This document shows positions 25,196 through 38,662 of a DNA stretch of 64,000 nt, piece after piece. The notes under the pieces were generated by a model, which worked only from the letters and a program-made list of their open reading frames with translations, ran no database searches and was not told the origin of the DNA. The DNA lies in the NCBI GenBank assembly GCA_030390025.1, contig CM059432.1, positions 51,834,001 to 51,898,000 of the forward strand. Reading direction: 5' to 3'. The first letter of the stretch is position 1. Every line of letters starts with the position of its first letter. The position numbers and the translations under genes are program-made. This DNA comes from Squalus acanthias (taxonomy: Eukaryota).

Positions 25196-27620
25196 TTATT
25201 CCCTGTCTTGTCCCTTTTTGCATGGCTTTATTGACACTTATAAAACAAGGCTAGCCTAAAGTGTTCTCACAGGAAATATGCACAAGCTTAATTGCAATAT
25301 TGTAATCAACTTAAATGCATGTTACCAAGGCACATCGAGATTTCCCATCCATTCAGGGTGGGATCACATTGTGCGATCTGCTTGCTTAAGTGGTTGAAAG
25401 AGAAAGCTCCATATGCGATGTAACTCTTAAAGGAGCAGATGATTTTTGTGTATATATTTTTATTATAATTTTTCCAGTGCTTTTTTAGTGTTGGTTTTTG
25501 CTCTTTCTCAAAATTGTCTTATTCTGATTTATTTTTGTATTTATTCTATTTACTTTTGGATTCTTTTGAAAACATGGAGGGAATGTTTATATTGAAATAA
25601 ATGTCTCCAAAATTATTAGAAATCCAACTGTAATTGAAGCATTTACAAAACTTCATCAGATCAGAGCTTAAAAAAGAGCAGACATATAAAGGGGCTTTTA
25701 TTTAAAAAAATTATGTGAGCTCTAAGAGCAACCTAGGCATCTGAGTGTTAACTAGAATTCACCAAGACAAGTTAAAATTAATGATGGGGTCAATTTTAAA
25801 GCATAAGATGAAAGAAGGCACGCCAGGGAGATTAACAGGCACCCGAGCTGGACTACCATATCTGCAGGCCCCGGCAATGACCAATGACAACTGCTTCCAC
25901 AGGTTTAATGTCAGCAGAGATCACAACTACTAGGCTAGAATAGGGAGAACTACAGTATCAACCAATGTGCTACCCACAAATATATCAATCAGGTGACTGA
26001 TGTACTGATCAGCAAGGACAGCACTTTAATTTCCTTTTCCACTGAATAGGAACAGGAATATAACAGTACAGCTGTATTTCGTAAAGTACAAAGAGTCATT
26101 GATGCTGATACCATGTGGCCAAATGGCTGCTACCACTTGCTCCTCGCCTGTTCACTGTGACTCATCCTGTGCTGTCTCCTCAACCTCACTATTCTCTGGG
26201 ATGTATGTACTGGTGCTTCTAAATGTCAGTGAGAGAAGTGAGATGCTGTCTTGTTCCGGGCCACTGCCAGTGCTAGCAAGCTGCGGTTCCTGGCTTACAA
26301 AGACAGAAAATAAGCAAATGCTAACTTCAAGACAAACCTGTTGTGTTTTGTTTGTGGGGTTATTTGTATGTCTACGTGGGAGTGAGTGAAAAGTTGTAAA
26401 AACACATCAGACCTGGATGGTATGAGCCCAGAGCTTGAAGGAGATCTTCACCTTTCCCTATTGCCTCCATGATCTTATATGCCCAGATGTCCAGGGTTAC
26501 CAGCTTTATGGGAGTCATAGGCTTGTAGTTTCTGTTCCCTCGTATTACGCGCCATCTTGTCGTGCAAGCAAGAAAGTATTCTTGACATATAGAGGTAGCT
26601 CTTGACTTTGTGCAATAGTGTAATACGGGTGATAGTAGTTGACAGCCCATTTTACATCTCTCCCAAAAATCACACAAAGTCAAGATCTACCCACTAGAAA
26701 GAGCACATAGTGATATGCAAGAGTGCAGATTGCAGCCTAACCTGTGTGTCAGTAAGTCGTCTTGCAGCTGGGTTGTATTACAATGATTTTGTGTGTCAAG
26801 ACTTTTGAATACACCAGCATGGCAAAGCGTTCAATTGTAAGTAACTGCTTGAATCTGTGCCCTGCTGGAGAACTGTAAGGTTGTGTGAGAGCTTGCAGCA
26901 GTAAATGTGAAACAGGTTCATAGGCAATACTTTGTGACATGCTGTTAAGTTTCTGGGTTATTAAGCTAAATATTTCCTTGAGTTCAGTATCACTGGTGCT
27001 GAGCGCCAGCCTATTTAGCAGAGAGGTCCTGAAACAGGAATGAGGCCCTTCCTTTACAATATAAGGGGCATAATGGCTGTTTTAAATGGCCGACAGGGAC
27101 AGACAAATGAACGATACTCTGTACAAATGGTACATTTGCAATAATTACAACCTTTACTCATCTCAAAATTATGAAACACAACAAAATACTTCTCTGATAT
27201 TAACACTCAACATTAAACTGACACTTGAAATGCAGTCGCTGATTCTACTACCGTGGAATCCTCTGACTAACCTCTTACCCCGGATGGCTCCAGAGTAATT
27301 GCTGTCTTAGTGCAATGACATCCAAGCTATAGCTCCAAATCCTTTTGAAGATATCACATAACAAAGAATATTAAAAACTCTAGGCTAGATTACATGGCCT
27401 CACATTATTTAATGGACTCACAATGTCATTTCCCAACACAAATGCACTTGCCAAATAAAAATACTATGAACAGTCCCACAGGATGCTTGTATTATAATTT
27501 GAATGGTTTGACCCGTTGCTCTGTTGCAGATACTTTGAATGACCTGTTTAAATAGATATCTATCCAAGGATAATGACAGTAATCAAGCTTTCCCAAATAA
27601 GACAACAGGATAAATCTTTT

Positions 27621-28464
27621 GGGCTGGATTTTCAATGACCCGTGGAGTCGGGTTTGGAGGCGTGTGGGGGGTTAAAGTTGCAGATTTGGGGGTCCCGACC
27701 CCATCCCGCCTCCAACCCGCCTCCATGCCAGTTTCTCTGGCGGCGGGTACCCGACCTGTGCTGAGACCCGACTCCCAGAGGCGGGAAGGGATTAGTGACA
27801 ATTAACTGCCTGTTAACAGGTAGTTAACAGGCAGTTTTTTGCATAATCCCTATTTTCATTGCTGAAATGTGGGCTTCCCGACAGGTGGCAACCACGCCAA
27901 GTTATCGGGGCGGGCCGTGGGTCTGCAGGGGTTGGAGGGGTCGATATGTCCGGTGGGCAGGTGAGTGATGGGTGCATGTGTGCAGAGGTAAGTGTGTAAG
28001 GTAAGTGCTAAGTGTTGGAAAAAGTTTTACTTACCTTAACTTCCTCCTGCAGGTGTCAGCCCTTCAGTTCTCGGGAGTTAGAAATCTCACCGGCACAGAA
28101 AGCAGGAAAGCTGTGGTTCTGTCAAAAACTGCAGCCTTCTGTTTTCTGTGCTGGAATGATTTCTAACTCAGCCTGAGAGGAAGGACTGAAGTTAGAAATC
28201 ATATTGTGAGTGTTTGACAGCTTCACAGAGCTGTCAAACGCTGATATTTCATCTGTCAAAAGCTCTTGACAGATGAAATGTCAATCTGTGACGTCACCTG
28301 TTGCCGGGTGGCCCTTAATTGGCCTGCTGAGCCCACTGGGCGGGCTCAACAAGGTCAATCAAGGGAAAATACAATGGGTTGGCCACATCTCGATGGAGGC
28401 GGGTTCACAAGCCAGAATGTGTGATTCCCGACACCAACCCGACCCCAGATTCAAAATCCAGCCC
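27621..28464. mobile_element. MITE family B with 3-bp TSD (Harbinger-like)
   Basis: TIR gggctggatttt / aaaatccagccc with TSD TTT. Paralog at 33290-34134. Confidence 0.88.
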
Positions 28465-29675
28465 TTTGTCTTCACTGTCTTAACCCATAAACTTAACAGC
28501 ATGTTACAAAGTATTGCCTGTGAACCTGTTCCACATTTACTGCTGCAAGATCTCGCACAACCTTATAGTTCTTTCATGTTTACCATGCACACCTATACTC
28601 CAGCAGGGCACACGTTCAAGAGGCTACTTACAATCTGGCAGAGTGGATCACCCGCCCAATTTTGGATTCTTTAAAAGACAAGTGATCTGCTCCACCAGAT
28701 TACCACCTCAGCGATGAAGACAACATTTTCCCCCACATCTTTGCCTTGTTCATAGATTTGTTATCCTGAATGTGTCACAGCAAGTCTGTGATGTGTATTC
28801 TTTGTAGACTGCAAAAATAGCTAGCCATAACCAATTTTATTTCTGTGTGAGCTGTGATTAGCAAGGAAGAATCCAATAAATGATCCATCATAGACAAAGA
28901 TACTTCATTTCTGCCAAGGCTGTGTGAGAGCTTCATGTGGACTAGCAGTAGATGGGAACATAGGAACAGGAGTAAGCCATTGAGCCCCTTGAGCCTGTTC
29001 CGCCATTCAATTAGTTATATTAATTAGTTTATCTAATTAAGTTTTTAATTTAATAAGGTACACTATAGTTTCCCGCTCTTAGTTTAAACCACTGTCCTAG
29101 CTGAGAGAAAAAACGTTAATACTCACCAACCAATCACCTACCTGCTGTCCTGTGATGTCACTCCTTTTTTTTTGTTTTTGAATTCGCTGGAGATATATCG
29201 CCTCCTCCAATGCTGACTCCGCTCAGGTCCGCGCTACCTCGCCTCCCGCTGTTTTATATCTTGCTGCCTCCTCCACTCAGGTCTGCAAACAATAATGTGG
29301 TATGCATGCTTGGGCCTGAAAAATGACACTGTTTGGTAGACTTAAGATGTGCTACCTTCTTCCACATTTGTTTTCAAGTCCTGAGGGTTGTGTAGACACC
29401 ATTAAACATAACCGCCATTTCCCACCAGGCAGGCTGCACTTCTGCCCTCTGAAGAAGATGCCATGAAATACTAAATAGGGCTCTCTCTTCACATGCACCT
29501 CGTACAGCAGCACTGCTATTTCACCAGCCATTGAATGGGGCTTTGGCGCTCCATTATTTGCCCAAAAGATTCATTTCCTACCTTAAAATTTGTTTTGCCA
29601 TCTACTGGTATTGCCACTCACTTCTTTAGCCCTTCAAAAAACTGGAACAACTGAAAAATATTTTCAAAGCTCTAG

Positions 29676-30403
29676 GGGGCAAAAATTGGGTCGCACACCC
29701 TTTGGGGCGCTAACTTCGAAAAAGTTAGCGGCCCCTGTGCCCGAAATTCAATGGTAGCGCCCCAAGCAGGAGGCGGGACGCTACTCGAAGTGCTCCCCCT
29801 CACACTTGGTGCGCACCAGCCCAATATCGCAGCGCTACGTACCGCTGCGCCATGCGCGCCGGCACATCGCGCCGTGGTACTGTAGGCCTTCGTCCCCTTA
29901 TTAAAGGGGAGGGGCCTTGCGCAGTGCGAATAGGGACCCAGCTGGGCCACCAGGGAGTGGGGTGCCGGCAAAAGAGCCCAGCACTCAAGAGGAGTGCCGG
30001 GCTGCCCAATCGCGGTCAGCAACCCGCGGGGGCATGGCAGAAGGGGCAGGTACTGGCAGGTCGCCAGCAAAAAAAATGGCTGCTCGGCACCTCCACTTTA
30101 AATACTGCCGCCTCGGCCGCACGTACGCCCCCCTGACACTGTCGGACATAGCGTCCGGCGGTACGTCAGGGGGCGCAACCGAAGTTTACGGCCGGGGCAC
30201 GAGCGCGGCGTTGTGCACGCCGATGACATCATCGCCGGAGGCGCAGCACCGAGGGGCGCTACCGGCTACCGCTGCCGCTAACCTCCCGCTGAATTTCACG
30301 GGAGGTGTTAGCAGTGCCACGCCCGGGTACTAGTTGCTTTGCGCCCCATTAGTGCTCCCTTAGGGTGCTAACGGGAGGTGCAAAGCAACTGAATTTTGCC
30401 CCC
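29676..30403. mobile_element. Harbinger-type MITE, family A
   Basis: Termini ggggcaaaaattg / gaattttgccccc with TSD TAG. Colinear with 882-1630. Confidence 0.92.
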
Positions 30404-31207
30404 TAGGAGCCTTAGAAAATGCTTAACAGTAATTTATGTCCCCACTTAAAGTAAATGGTAATATCCCTTTTAATTCTCACACACTGTCCTGTAAGAGCTA
30501 ATGATATGCACTATTGCCCACCCTTTTCTCCTTTAGCGAGCGTCCACTTACAGGCCCAAGCCAGGCTGAGAGCTTGCATTGCATGGAAAATGAGGACCAG
30601 TTCCAGAAGATACAGTAGGATAGGCCTTTCCTCATTCACAGATTCATAGAAACATAGAAATTTACAGCACAGAAGGAGGCCATTCGACCCATCTTGTCCG
30701 CGCCGGCCGACAAACTGCTATCCACCCTAATCCCACTTTCCAGCACTTGGTCCATAGCCCTGTAGGTTATGGCACTTCAACTGCATATCCAAGTACTTTT
30801 TAAATGTGATGAGGGTTTCTGCCTCTACCACCCTTTCAGGCAATGAGTTCCAGACCCCACCACCCTCTGGGTGAAAAAAATTATCCTCAACTCCCCTCTA
30901 AACCTCCGACCAATTACTTTAAATCTATGCCCCCTGGTTATTGACCCTTCTGCTAAGGGAAATAGGTCCTTCCTATCCACTCTATCTAGGCCCCTACTAA
31001 TTTTATACACCTCAATTAGGTCTCCCCTCAGCCTCCTCTGTTCCAAGGAAAACAACCCCAGCCTATCCAATCTTTCCTCATAGCTAAAATTCCCCAGCCC
31101 AGGCAACATCCTCGTAAATCTCCTTTGCACCATCCTTAGTGCAATCACATCCTTCCTGTAATGTGTTGACCAGAACTGCACGCAGTATTTTAGCTGCGGC
31201 CTAACTA

Positions 31208-32093
31208 GGGGGAGAAATTCAGTATCGCCCCATTTGGGGCGCAATTATCGGCCGGGCGCAAAGATTAGCGCCTGCCGCTAATTATCACCTCTGACTGCAA
31301 ACTTGACTTTTATCGCCCCTGGAGGTGATTGGAGCACTAAATAAGGCGCTTCACACCTGTCTTAAGGCGCAAAGGCCGAGGAGCGAGGCACTACCTCAGA
31401 GCGCTGGCGAAGCTCATGTAATGTCAGTCAGCAATGGAACACACACACAATGGCACAGGCCAGTTCTTAAAGGGGAGGGTTGATCTTGCTCTCCATCCAC
31501 ATCCTGCTCATTGCAGCCTTGAATCTCGGCCTGGAGAGACCTGCACATCAAATCTGCTGGAAAGAACAATGGAAAGCACCAGGGAAAGAGCTCAGAGTGC
31601 AGCCCCCACAGCCTCTTCTAAATTGGAAGGGCAAATCAAAATGAACCTGCAAAGTGCTGCTCAGTACCCAAAACTCCTTCACACAGCGTTGAATCTCTCC
31701 AGAAGTCTCTCTCCCTCTCTCTCAGAATGCGTGGTTCAAAAATGGCACCAACAATAAAAGGCAGGCAGCAGTCGCCTTTAAATAGCGCTCCCTCAATCCC
31801 TTCATGACTGCAAAACGCTCTCCTCAACATGTCGTTGCTAGCGGCAGGCGGTAAGGCAGGGGGCGCCACTCAATATCCGCACCGGGGCGATACCGGGGCG
31901 TTGCGCACTCGACTGACGTCACGATCTGCCGGCACAGGAGATCGTGGCGGTAGTGTTTAGCGTCGCCGCAAAATATCTAGTTAATTTCGCGAGCGGCGCA
32001 AACATCGCCGCGCCTGGGCGCTAGATGATTTGCACCCCATTAGCGCCCTCTTAAGGCGCTAACGGGAGGCGCAACCAACTGAATTTTTCCCCC
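31208..32093 (-). mobile_element. Internally deleted Harbinger derivative related to the 10181 element
   Basis: About 31700-32093 is the reverse complement of the left end 10181-10580. The other end starts gggggagaaattc. It retains a Myb-like start, MESTRERAQ, at 31569. The TSD is degenerate (CTA on the left). Confidence 0.88.
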
Positions 32094-32695
32094 CAGTGTT
32101 TTATACAGTTCAAGCATAACCTCCCTGCTCTTATATTCTATGCCTCAGCTAATAAAGGAAAATATCTCGTATGCCTTCTGAACCACCTTATCTGCCTGTC
32201 CTGCTACCTTCAGGGATCAGTGGACATGCATTCCAAGGCCCCTCTGATCTTCTGCACTTGTCAGTGTCCTACCATTTTTTGTGTATTCCCTTGCCTTGTT
32301 AGCCCTCCCCAAATGCATTAACTCACACTTCTCCAGATTGAATTCCATTTGCCACTGTTCTGCCCACCTGATTAGTCCATTGATATCTTCCTGCAGCGTG
32401 CAGCCTTCTTCTTCTTTATCAACCACTCGGCCAATTTTTGTATCATCTGCAAACTTCTTAATCATACTTCCTACATTCAAGTCCAAATCATTGATATATA
32501 CCACAAAAACCAGAGGACCCAGTACTGAACCCTGCGGAACCCCACAGGAAACAGCTTTCCAGTCACAAAAACACCCTTTGGATCCAACTTGCCACTTTGC
32601 CTTGGATCCCATGGGCTTTTACTTTTGTGACCAGTCTGCCATGCGGGACCTTATCAAAAGCCTTGCTAAAATCCATATAGACAACATCAAATGCA

Positions 32696-32777
32696 TCGAC
32701 CTGAAACGTCAACTCTCTTTCTCTCTCCACGGATGCTGCCTGGCCTGCTGAGTTTTTCCAGCGTTTTCTGTTGTTAT
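32696..32777 (+). mobile_element. 82-bp Penelope-terminus fragment with 10-bp TSD
   Basis: Matches the reverse complement of 14440-14520. Flanked by atcaaatgca at 32686-32695 and 32778-32787. Confidence 0.85.
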
Positions 32778-33289
32778 ATCAAATGCACTACCCTCATCGA
32801 CCCTCCTTGTTGCCTCCTCAAAAAATTCAATAAAGTTAGTCAGACACGACCTTCCCTTGACAAATCCATGCTGACTGTCCTTGATTAATCCGTGTCTTTC
32901 TAAGTGAAGATTTATCCTGTCCCTCAGAATTTTTTCCAATAATTTTCCCACCACCAAGGTTAGGCTGACTTGCCTGTAATTACTCGGTCTATCCCTTCCT
33001 CCCTTTTTAAACAATGGTACCACGTTAGCAGTCCTCCAGTCCTCTGGCAACACACCATTAGCCAGAGAGGATTGGAAAATGATGGTCATCGTCTCTGCTA
33101 TTTCCTCTCTTACTTCACTTAACAGTCTGGGTTACATTTCATCCGGGCCTGGGGATTTATCCACTTTCAAAATGCTAAACCCCTTCATACTTCCTCTTTC
33201 ACTATGTTTATTTCATCTAATATTTCACACTCCTCCTCCCTGATTGCAATGTCTGCATCATCCCTCTCTTTTGTGAAGACAGACTCAAA

Positions 33290-34134
33290 GGGCTGGATTT
33301 CCTCAGCCCCAAGGAGGCGGGTATGGAAGCAGGACTGCCGGGAAAGTTGCAGAATTTGGGGGCGGGTGGCAAACGTGCCCCCAACCCACCTTCGTGCCCT
33401 CTTGCCAGGAGGCGGGAAGCCGTCCTGCCCCAGGTCCCATCTCCTTGGAGGCAGGAAGGGATTAAAGCCTATTAACTGCCTGTTAACAGGTAGTTAACAG
33501 GCAGAAAATAGGATTAGCCCCATTTTTCGTCCTGAAGTGCGGGCTTCCCGACCTCGGGGAACCCCGCCAGGGTGTAGGAGGCGAGTAGGAGGTCTGCGGG
33601 GGTCGGAGGGGTCTGAAAGTGCGATGTAGAGGTGAGTGATGGGTGCAAGTGTGGAGTGGTAAGTATGTGAGGTGAGTGTAAAGTGTTAGAAAATGTTAAC
33701 TTACCTTTGTTTCTACCTACAGCCTTCAGCTGCTGTGGAGCCGGAGTCCCCGACATCTCCACTGTAGATTTCACAGACTGACTGTTGTATCCTCTGATCC
33801 AACAGCCAGCTGATTTCTGCAAAGTAGAAAGGTTTGATGAGTCCTGAACACAAGGACTCATCAAACTACACAGAATGTCAGTGTTTGACAGCTTCACAGA
33901 GCTGTCAAACGATGACATTTCTTCTTTCAAAAATTCTTGACAGATGTCACGTCATACGTTGACGTGCTCTGTTACTGACTTCCCCCTAATTGGCCTGCTG
34001 ATCCACCGGGCGGGCTTAACAAGGTCAATCAGGGGAAATTCCCGCTGGTTGGCCAGAAGCTGATAGAGGCGGGACTGAAACCCGGCAAGCAGCAGTCCCG
34101 CCTCCAAAAGCTTCCCATTCAGAAAATCCAGCCC
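33290..34134. mobile_element. MITE family B
   Basis: TIR gggctggattt / aaatccagccc with TSD AAA. Inserted in CR1. Confidence 0.9.
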
Positions 34135-34392
34135 AAAGTATTCATTAAGAACCATACCCATGTCTTCCGCCTCCACACACAGGTTACCTTAAGGTCCCTA
34201 ATAGGCCCTACTCTTACTTTAGTTATCCTTTTGCTCTTAATGTATTTATAAAACATCTTTGGGTTTTCCTTGATTGTACTTGCCAATATTATTTCATGCC
34301 CTCTCTTTGCTTTCCTAATTTCCTTTTTAATTTCATCCCGGCACTTTCTATACTCCTCCAGTAGAGTGAGGACTGGAAAAAAGATCCTATAT

Positions 34393-35098
34393 GGGGACAA
34401 AATTCGGTTGCTTTGCGCCTCCCGTTAGCGCCCTAAGGGGGCACTAACTAGCGCCCGGGCGTGGCGCCGCTAACACCTCCCGTGAAATTCAGCAGGAGGT
34501 TAGTGGCAGCGGTAGCTGGTAGCGCCCCGCGGCGTTGCGCCTCCGGCGATGACGGCATCGCCGTGCGCAGTGCCCCGCTCGCGCCCCAGCCGCAAACTTC
34601 GGTTGCGCCCCCTGACGTACCGCTGGACACTATGTCTGACAGGGTCAGGGGTGCGTATGTGCGGCCGGGGCAGCGATATTTAAAGGGGAGGTACCGGACG
34701 GCCATTTTTATTGCTGGCCGCCTGCCAGCACCTGCCCCCTCTGCCGTCCCCCCGCGGCATGCCGGCCACAATCGGGCAGCCTGGCACTCCTCTTGTGTGC
34801 CGGGCTCTCTTGCCAGCACCCCGATACCTGGTGGCCCAGCTGGGCCCCAGTTCACACTGCGCTAGACCCCTTCCCTTTAATAAGGGGAGGAAGGCCTGCA
34901 GTGCTGCGGCGCGACGCAGCGGCACGCGTGGCGACGCGGCACATAGCGCCGCGATATTGGGCTGGAGCGCTCCAAGAGGGAGGGGGAGCACTTCCAGCAG
35001 TGCCCCGCCTCCTGCTTGGGGAGCTACCATCGAAGTTCGGGCGTGGGGGTGCTAACTTTTTCGGGGCGCACAAATGGGGTACAACCCAATTTTTGCCC
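34393..35098. mobile_element. Harbinger-type MITE, family A (inverted)
   Basis: Termini ggggacaaaattc / caatttttgccc with TSD TAT. Confidence 0.92.
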
Positions 35099-35709
35099 TA
35101 TGGCTCTAAGGCAGTGTTACTCACTTTTTTTGTCAAAGACCATAAATAAACAGTGGCCTGTTCAAGGGTCATTGTTACTAGTTTCATCTTTTGCAATAGA
35201 TTTCCTCTCAAGCATAGGGCTGCTGGTCATTCCCGTAAGTGGTCTGAGCACTTTACATTTAGGGACGTCCTCGTACTATCCAATATCTAATTATATGATA
35301 GCATAACCCAAAATTATGACAATAGGATGCCTTGATATGCAAACTAGATATTTGTGTCTTTTGCATGTGCTTCCATGCATGTGCCTGTCCAATTATTTGA
35401 AAGTGGTCCATGTAAAGAATTGACAAGGCTAGATATGAATTGTTAAGCTATTATATTTAACACACAGCAAGCAAACATACAGAGCAATAGCTGTGATCAG
35501 TCTCTCTTAATACAATCAGTATAACTTGTCCTCAGAGAGTAATTCAACATAATGAACTTCCCCACATCAGTGGGGGATCTTTGTTGACGTAATCCAAATA
35601 ACTTGTAATGATCCTCCTTCATCCTAACCTTCTTAGTCTGGGCAAAAACCAGTTCAAGCAGCTTTCTGTTTCAAAACCTATCTGTCAGTGTGTTTCTGTC
35701 TCTATTTTA

Positions 35710-36905
35710 TTCAAGCGAAGGGTCAAGCAAGGCTGTGTCATCGCACCAACGCTTTTCTCGATCTTCCTGGCTGCAATGCTCAATCTCACCCTCAGTAAGC
35801 TCCCCGCTGGAGTGGAGCTAATTTACAGAACAAATGGGAAACTGTTCAACCTCCGTCGCCTCCAGTCCAGATCCAAGGTCGTCCCATCCTCTGTTGTTGA
35901 ATTACAGTATGCAGACGATGTTTGCGTCTGCGAACACTCGGTGGTTGAACTCCAAACCATCGTCAACACCTTCACTGAAGCGTACGAGTGCATGGGCCTT
36001 ACACTAAACATGCGTAAGACAAAGGTCCTCTACCAACCTGCCCCCGCCACACAGTACTGCCCCCTGATTATCAAAATCCATGACAAGGCCTTGGACAATG
36101 TGGACCACTTTCCATACCTCGGGAGCCTACTGTCAACAAGGGCAGACGTCGATGACGAAGTCCAACACCGCCTTTAGTGTGCCAGTGCAGCCTTCAGTCG
36201 CCTGAGGAAGAGAATGTTTGAAGACCAGGACCTCAAACCCGGCACCAAAATCATGGTCTACAGAGCAGAAGCGATACCCGCCCTCCTGTATGCCTCAGAG
36301 ACATGGACCATTTACAGCAGGCACCTCAAAGCACTGGAGAGGTACCACCAACGCTGCCTCCACAAGATCCTGCAAATCCATTGGCAGGATAGGCGCACCA
36401 ACATCAGTGTTCTCGCTCAGGCCAACATCCCCAGCATCGAAGCTTTGACCACACTCGATCAGCACCGATGGATGGGTCACATCGTTCGCATGCCCGATGC
36501 GAGACTCCCAAAACAAGCGCTCTACTCGGAGCTCCGACACGGCAAGAGAGCCCCAGGTGGGCAGAGGAAATGCTTCAAGGTCACCCTCAAAGCCTCCTTG
36601 AAAAAGTGCAACATCCCCACCGACACCTGGGAATCCCTGGCCCAAGACCGCACAAAGTGGAGGAGAAGCATCCGGGAAGGCGCCGAACACCTCGAGTCTC
36701 TTCCCCGGGAGCAAGCGGAAGCCAAGCGCAAACAGCGGAAGGAGCGCACGTCAACCCAAGCACCCCACCCACCCGCCCCTTCAACCACCGTCTGCCCCAC
36801 CTGTGACAGAGACTGTAGTTCCTGCATTGGACTCATCAGTCACCTGAGAACTCATTTTTAATGTGGAAGTAAGTCATCCTCCATTCCGAGGGACTGCCTA
36901 TGATT
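35710..36905 (+). mobile_element. RTE-clade LINE, 5'-truncated, with one in-frame stop at 36175-36177
   Basis: VKQGCVIAPTLFSIFL, LQYADD, FPYLGSLLS, LLYASETW, RWMGHIVRM and a C-terminal zinc finger CPTC...HLRTH. The two ORFs are in the same frame. Confidence 0.92.
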
Positions 36906-38124
36906 CCCTTATGTTCAGAGGTAGGGGAAACCTAAGGCAGACCACATCTGCTAAGCACCTGGAACAATGGGCATGCCAACACAATGGGTGTGAGGTGGTT
37001 ATTGATTACTGAGACAGGCTAACAAATTGCTTATTGTTTTTATTATTTGGGGAGGAAATTTCAATGCTTATTTCATTAGCACATTAACGATATTTCATCT
37101 TAATACTCTTTTTTTAGCCTTTATGCTTCAAAACCCCAATATTCAAATGTAACTATTTTTAAAGTCCTCTCTGTCATGACAGGAATGTCCCAACATGCTG
37201 TGCTATGGAGTGATGAGACATAGATCTTCCCCCTTATTTCTTCACACAGGGGATTCCTATTTTCAATTGTGCTACAGTAGAGAGTTACTAAGTAAATCTT
37301 TTATTTGTGCTGTTGATGTTGGAATAGCCCTTTTCTAAAAAAAGAATCTCTTGTTACACTCCCTGGCAAACAAGACAAGGAAAGAGAGTTGTACTATGAA
37401 TAACACTGCACAAGTGCTTTGACCCAATTGATAATTTGTAGGTATGCAGTGTTACAAAGCAGTATAACAGATCATTAGGAGGTGTATAAGAATGGCCTGG
37501 ACTGTTTCGCCCTCCAGTTGTTCTGGAGAGGCTGATCTGTACCTAGTGCCTCCCCATAATGGCACATCTGGAAGCTGGGAACCACAGCGTGGTGGTGCAT
37601 CATCACATTTCATGTTTCAATAAATGTTTTGATTACCCTACCAATTTGAAGCAAACACCAATCCTTCTAAGAGAGCTGTGGATGTTTCTGTACATCTATC
37701 TCATTAAAGCATGCAGTTACACTACTATTTATGTTGTTGCAAACTTGTTTCTGCTTCCATGAAAAATTATTAATTTAACTCCAAGCTGTGAGGATTCAGG
37801 GTAAACCCTGGGAATGACTGCCACTCTCCTGGGGCGCCACCTCAGCAAACATAGTAATCTGTTGGAGGACAGATTGCTGGACTGCTGTGACACCCTGCAA
37901 GACCCTTTGAACACTGTTATCCGCAGCCATGATATGATGGCAGCAGTCTGAGCTTGCGTCGCAGTAAGCGGACCTTGCGTGACTTCAGTCTGAGCTTCCA
38001 CTGCAGCACTCAGACATTGGGTGGCTTCTGCTTGTGCTGCGATGGAATCTAAAACATCGGCCATTAGATGCTGCTTCATGGTTGGGTTCACTAATGTGTG
38101 AACGGAATTGGCCACCACTTCCAC

Positions 38125-38662
38125 TTCCTCTCCTTACCTAAGAAAGGATATACTTGCCATAGAGGGAGTGCAGCGAAGGTTCACCAGACTGAATCCTGGG
38201 ATGGCAGGACTGTCGTATGAGGAGAGATTGGGTCGACTAGGCTTGTATTCACTCGAGTTTAGAAGAATGAGAGGGGATCTCATTGAAACGTATAAAATTC
38301 TGACAGGGCTAGACAGACTGGATGCAGAGAGGATGTTTCCCCTGGCTGGGGGGTCTAGAACGAGGGGTCACAGTCTCAGGATACGGGGTAGGACATTTAG
38401 GACTGAGATGAGAAGAAATGCCTTCACTTAGAGGGTGGTGAACCTGTGGAATTCTCTACCACAGAAGGCTGTGGAGGCCAAGTCACTGAATATATTTAAG
38501 AAGCAGATAGATAGATTTCTAGACACAAAAGGCATCAAGGGGTATGGGGAGAGAGCGGGAATATGGTATTGAGAAAGAGGATCAGCCATGATCATATTGA
38601 ATGGCAGAGCAGGCTTGAAGGGCCGAATGGCCTACTCCTGCTCCTATTTTTCTATGTTTCTA
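38125..38662 (+). mobile_element. CR1 LINE 3' fragment
   Basis: SPYLRKDILAIEGVQRRFTRL...RRMRGDLIETYK and a ctatgttt tail. Confidence 0.92.

Larger units (their letters stand above)
30645..34360 (-). mobile_element. CR1 LINE (ORF2 remnant) interrupted by three younger insertions
   Basis: WRTANVVPLFKKG, QHGFVKGRSCLTN, GVPQGSVLGP, KFADDTK and RRLRGDLIEVYK. Insertions at 31208-32093, 32696-32777 and 33290-34134. Confidence 0.92.

Noticed and set aside
26150..26300. Exon-like minus-strand stretch EPQLASTGSGPEQDSISLLSLTFRSTS
   Set aside because: It loosely resembles the acidic exon-3 start of Harbinger Myb relics, so it is more likely a transposon remnant than a host exon.
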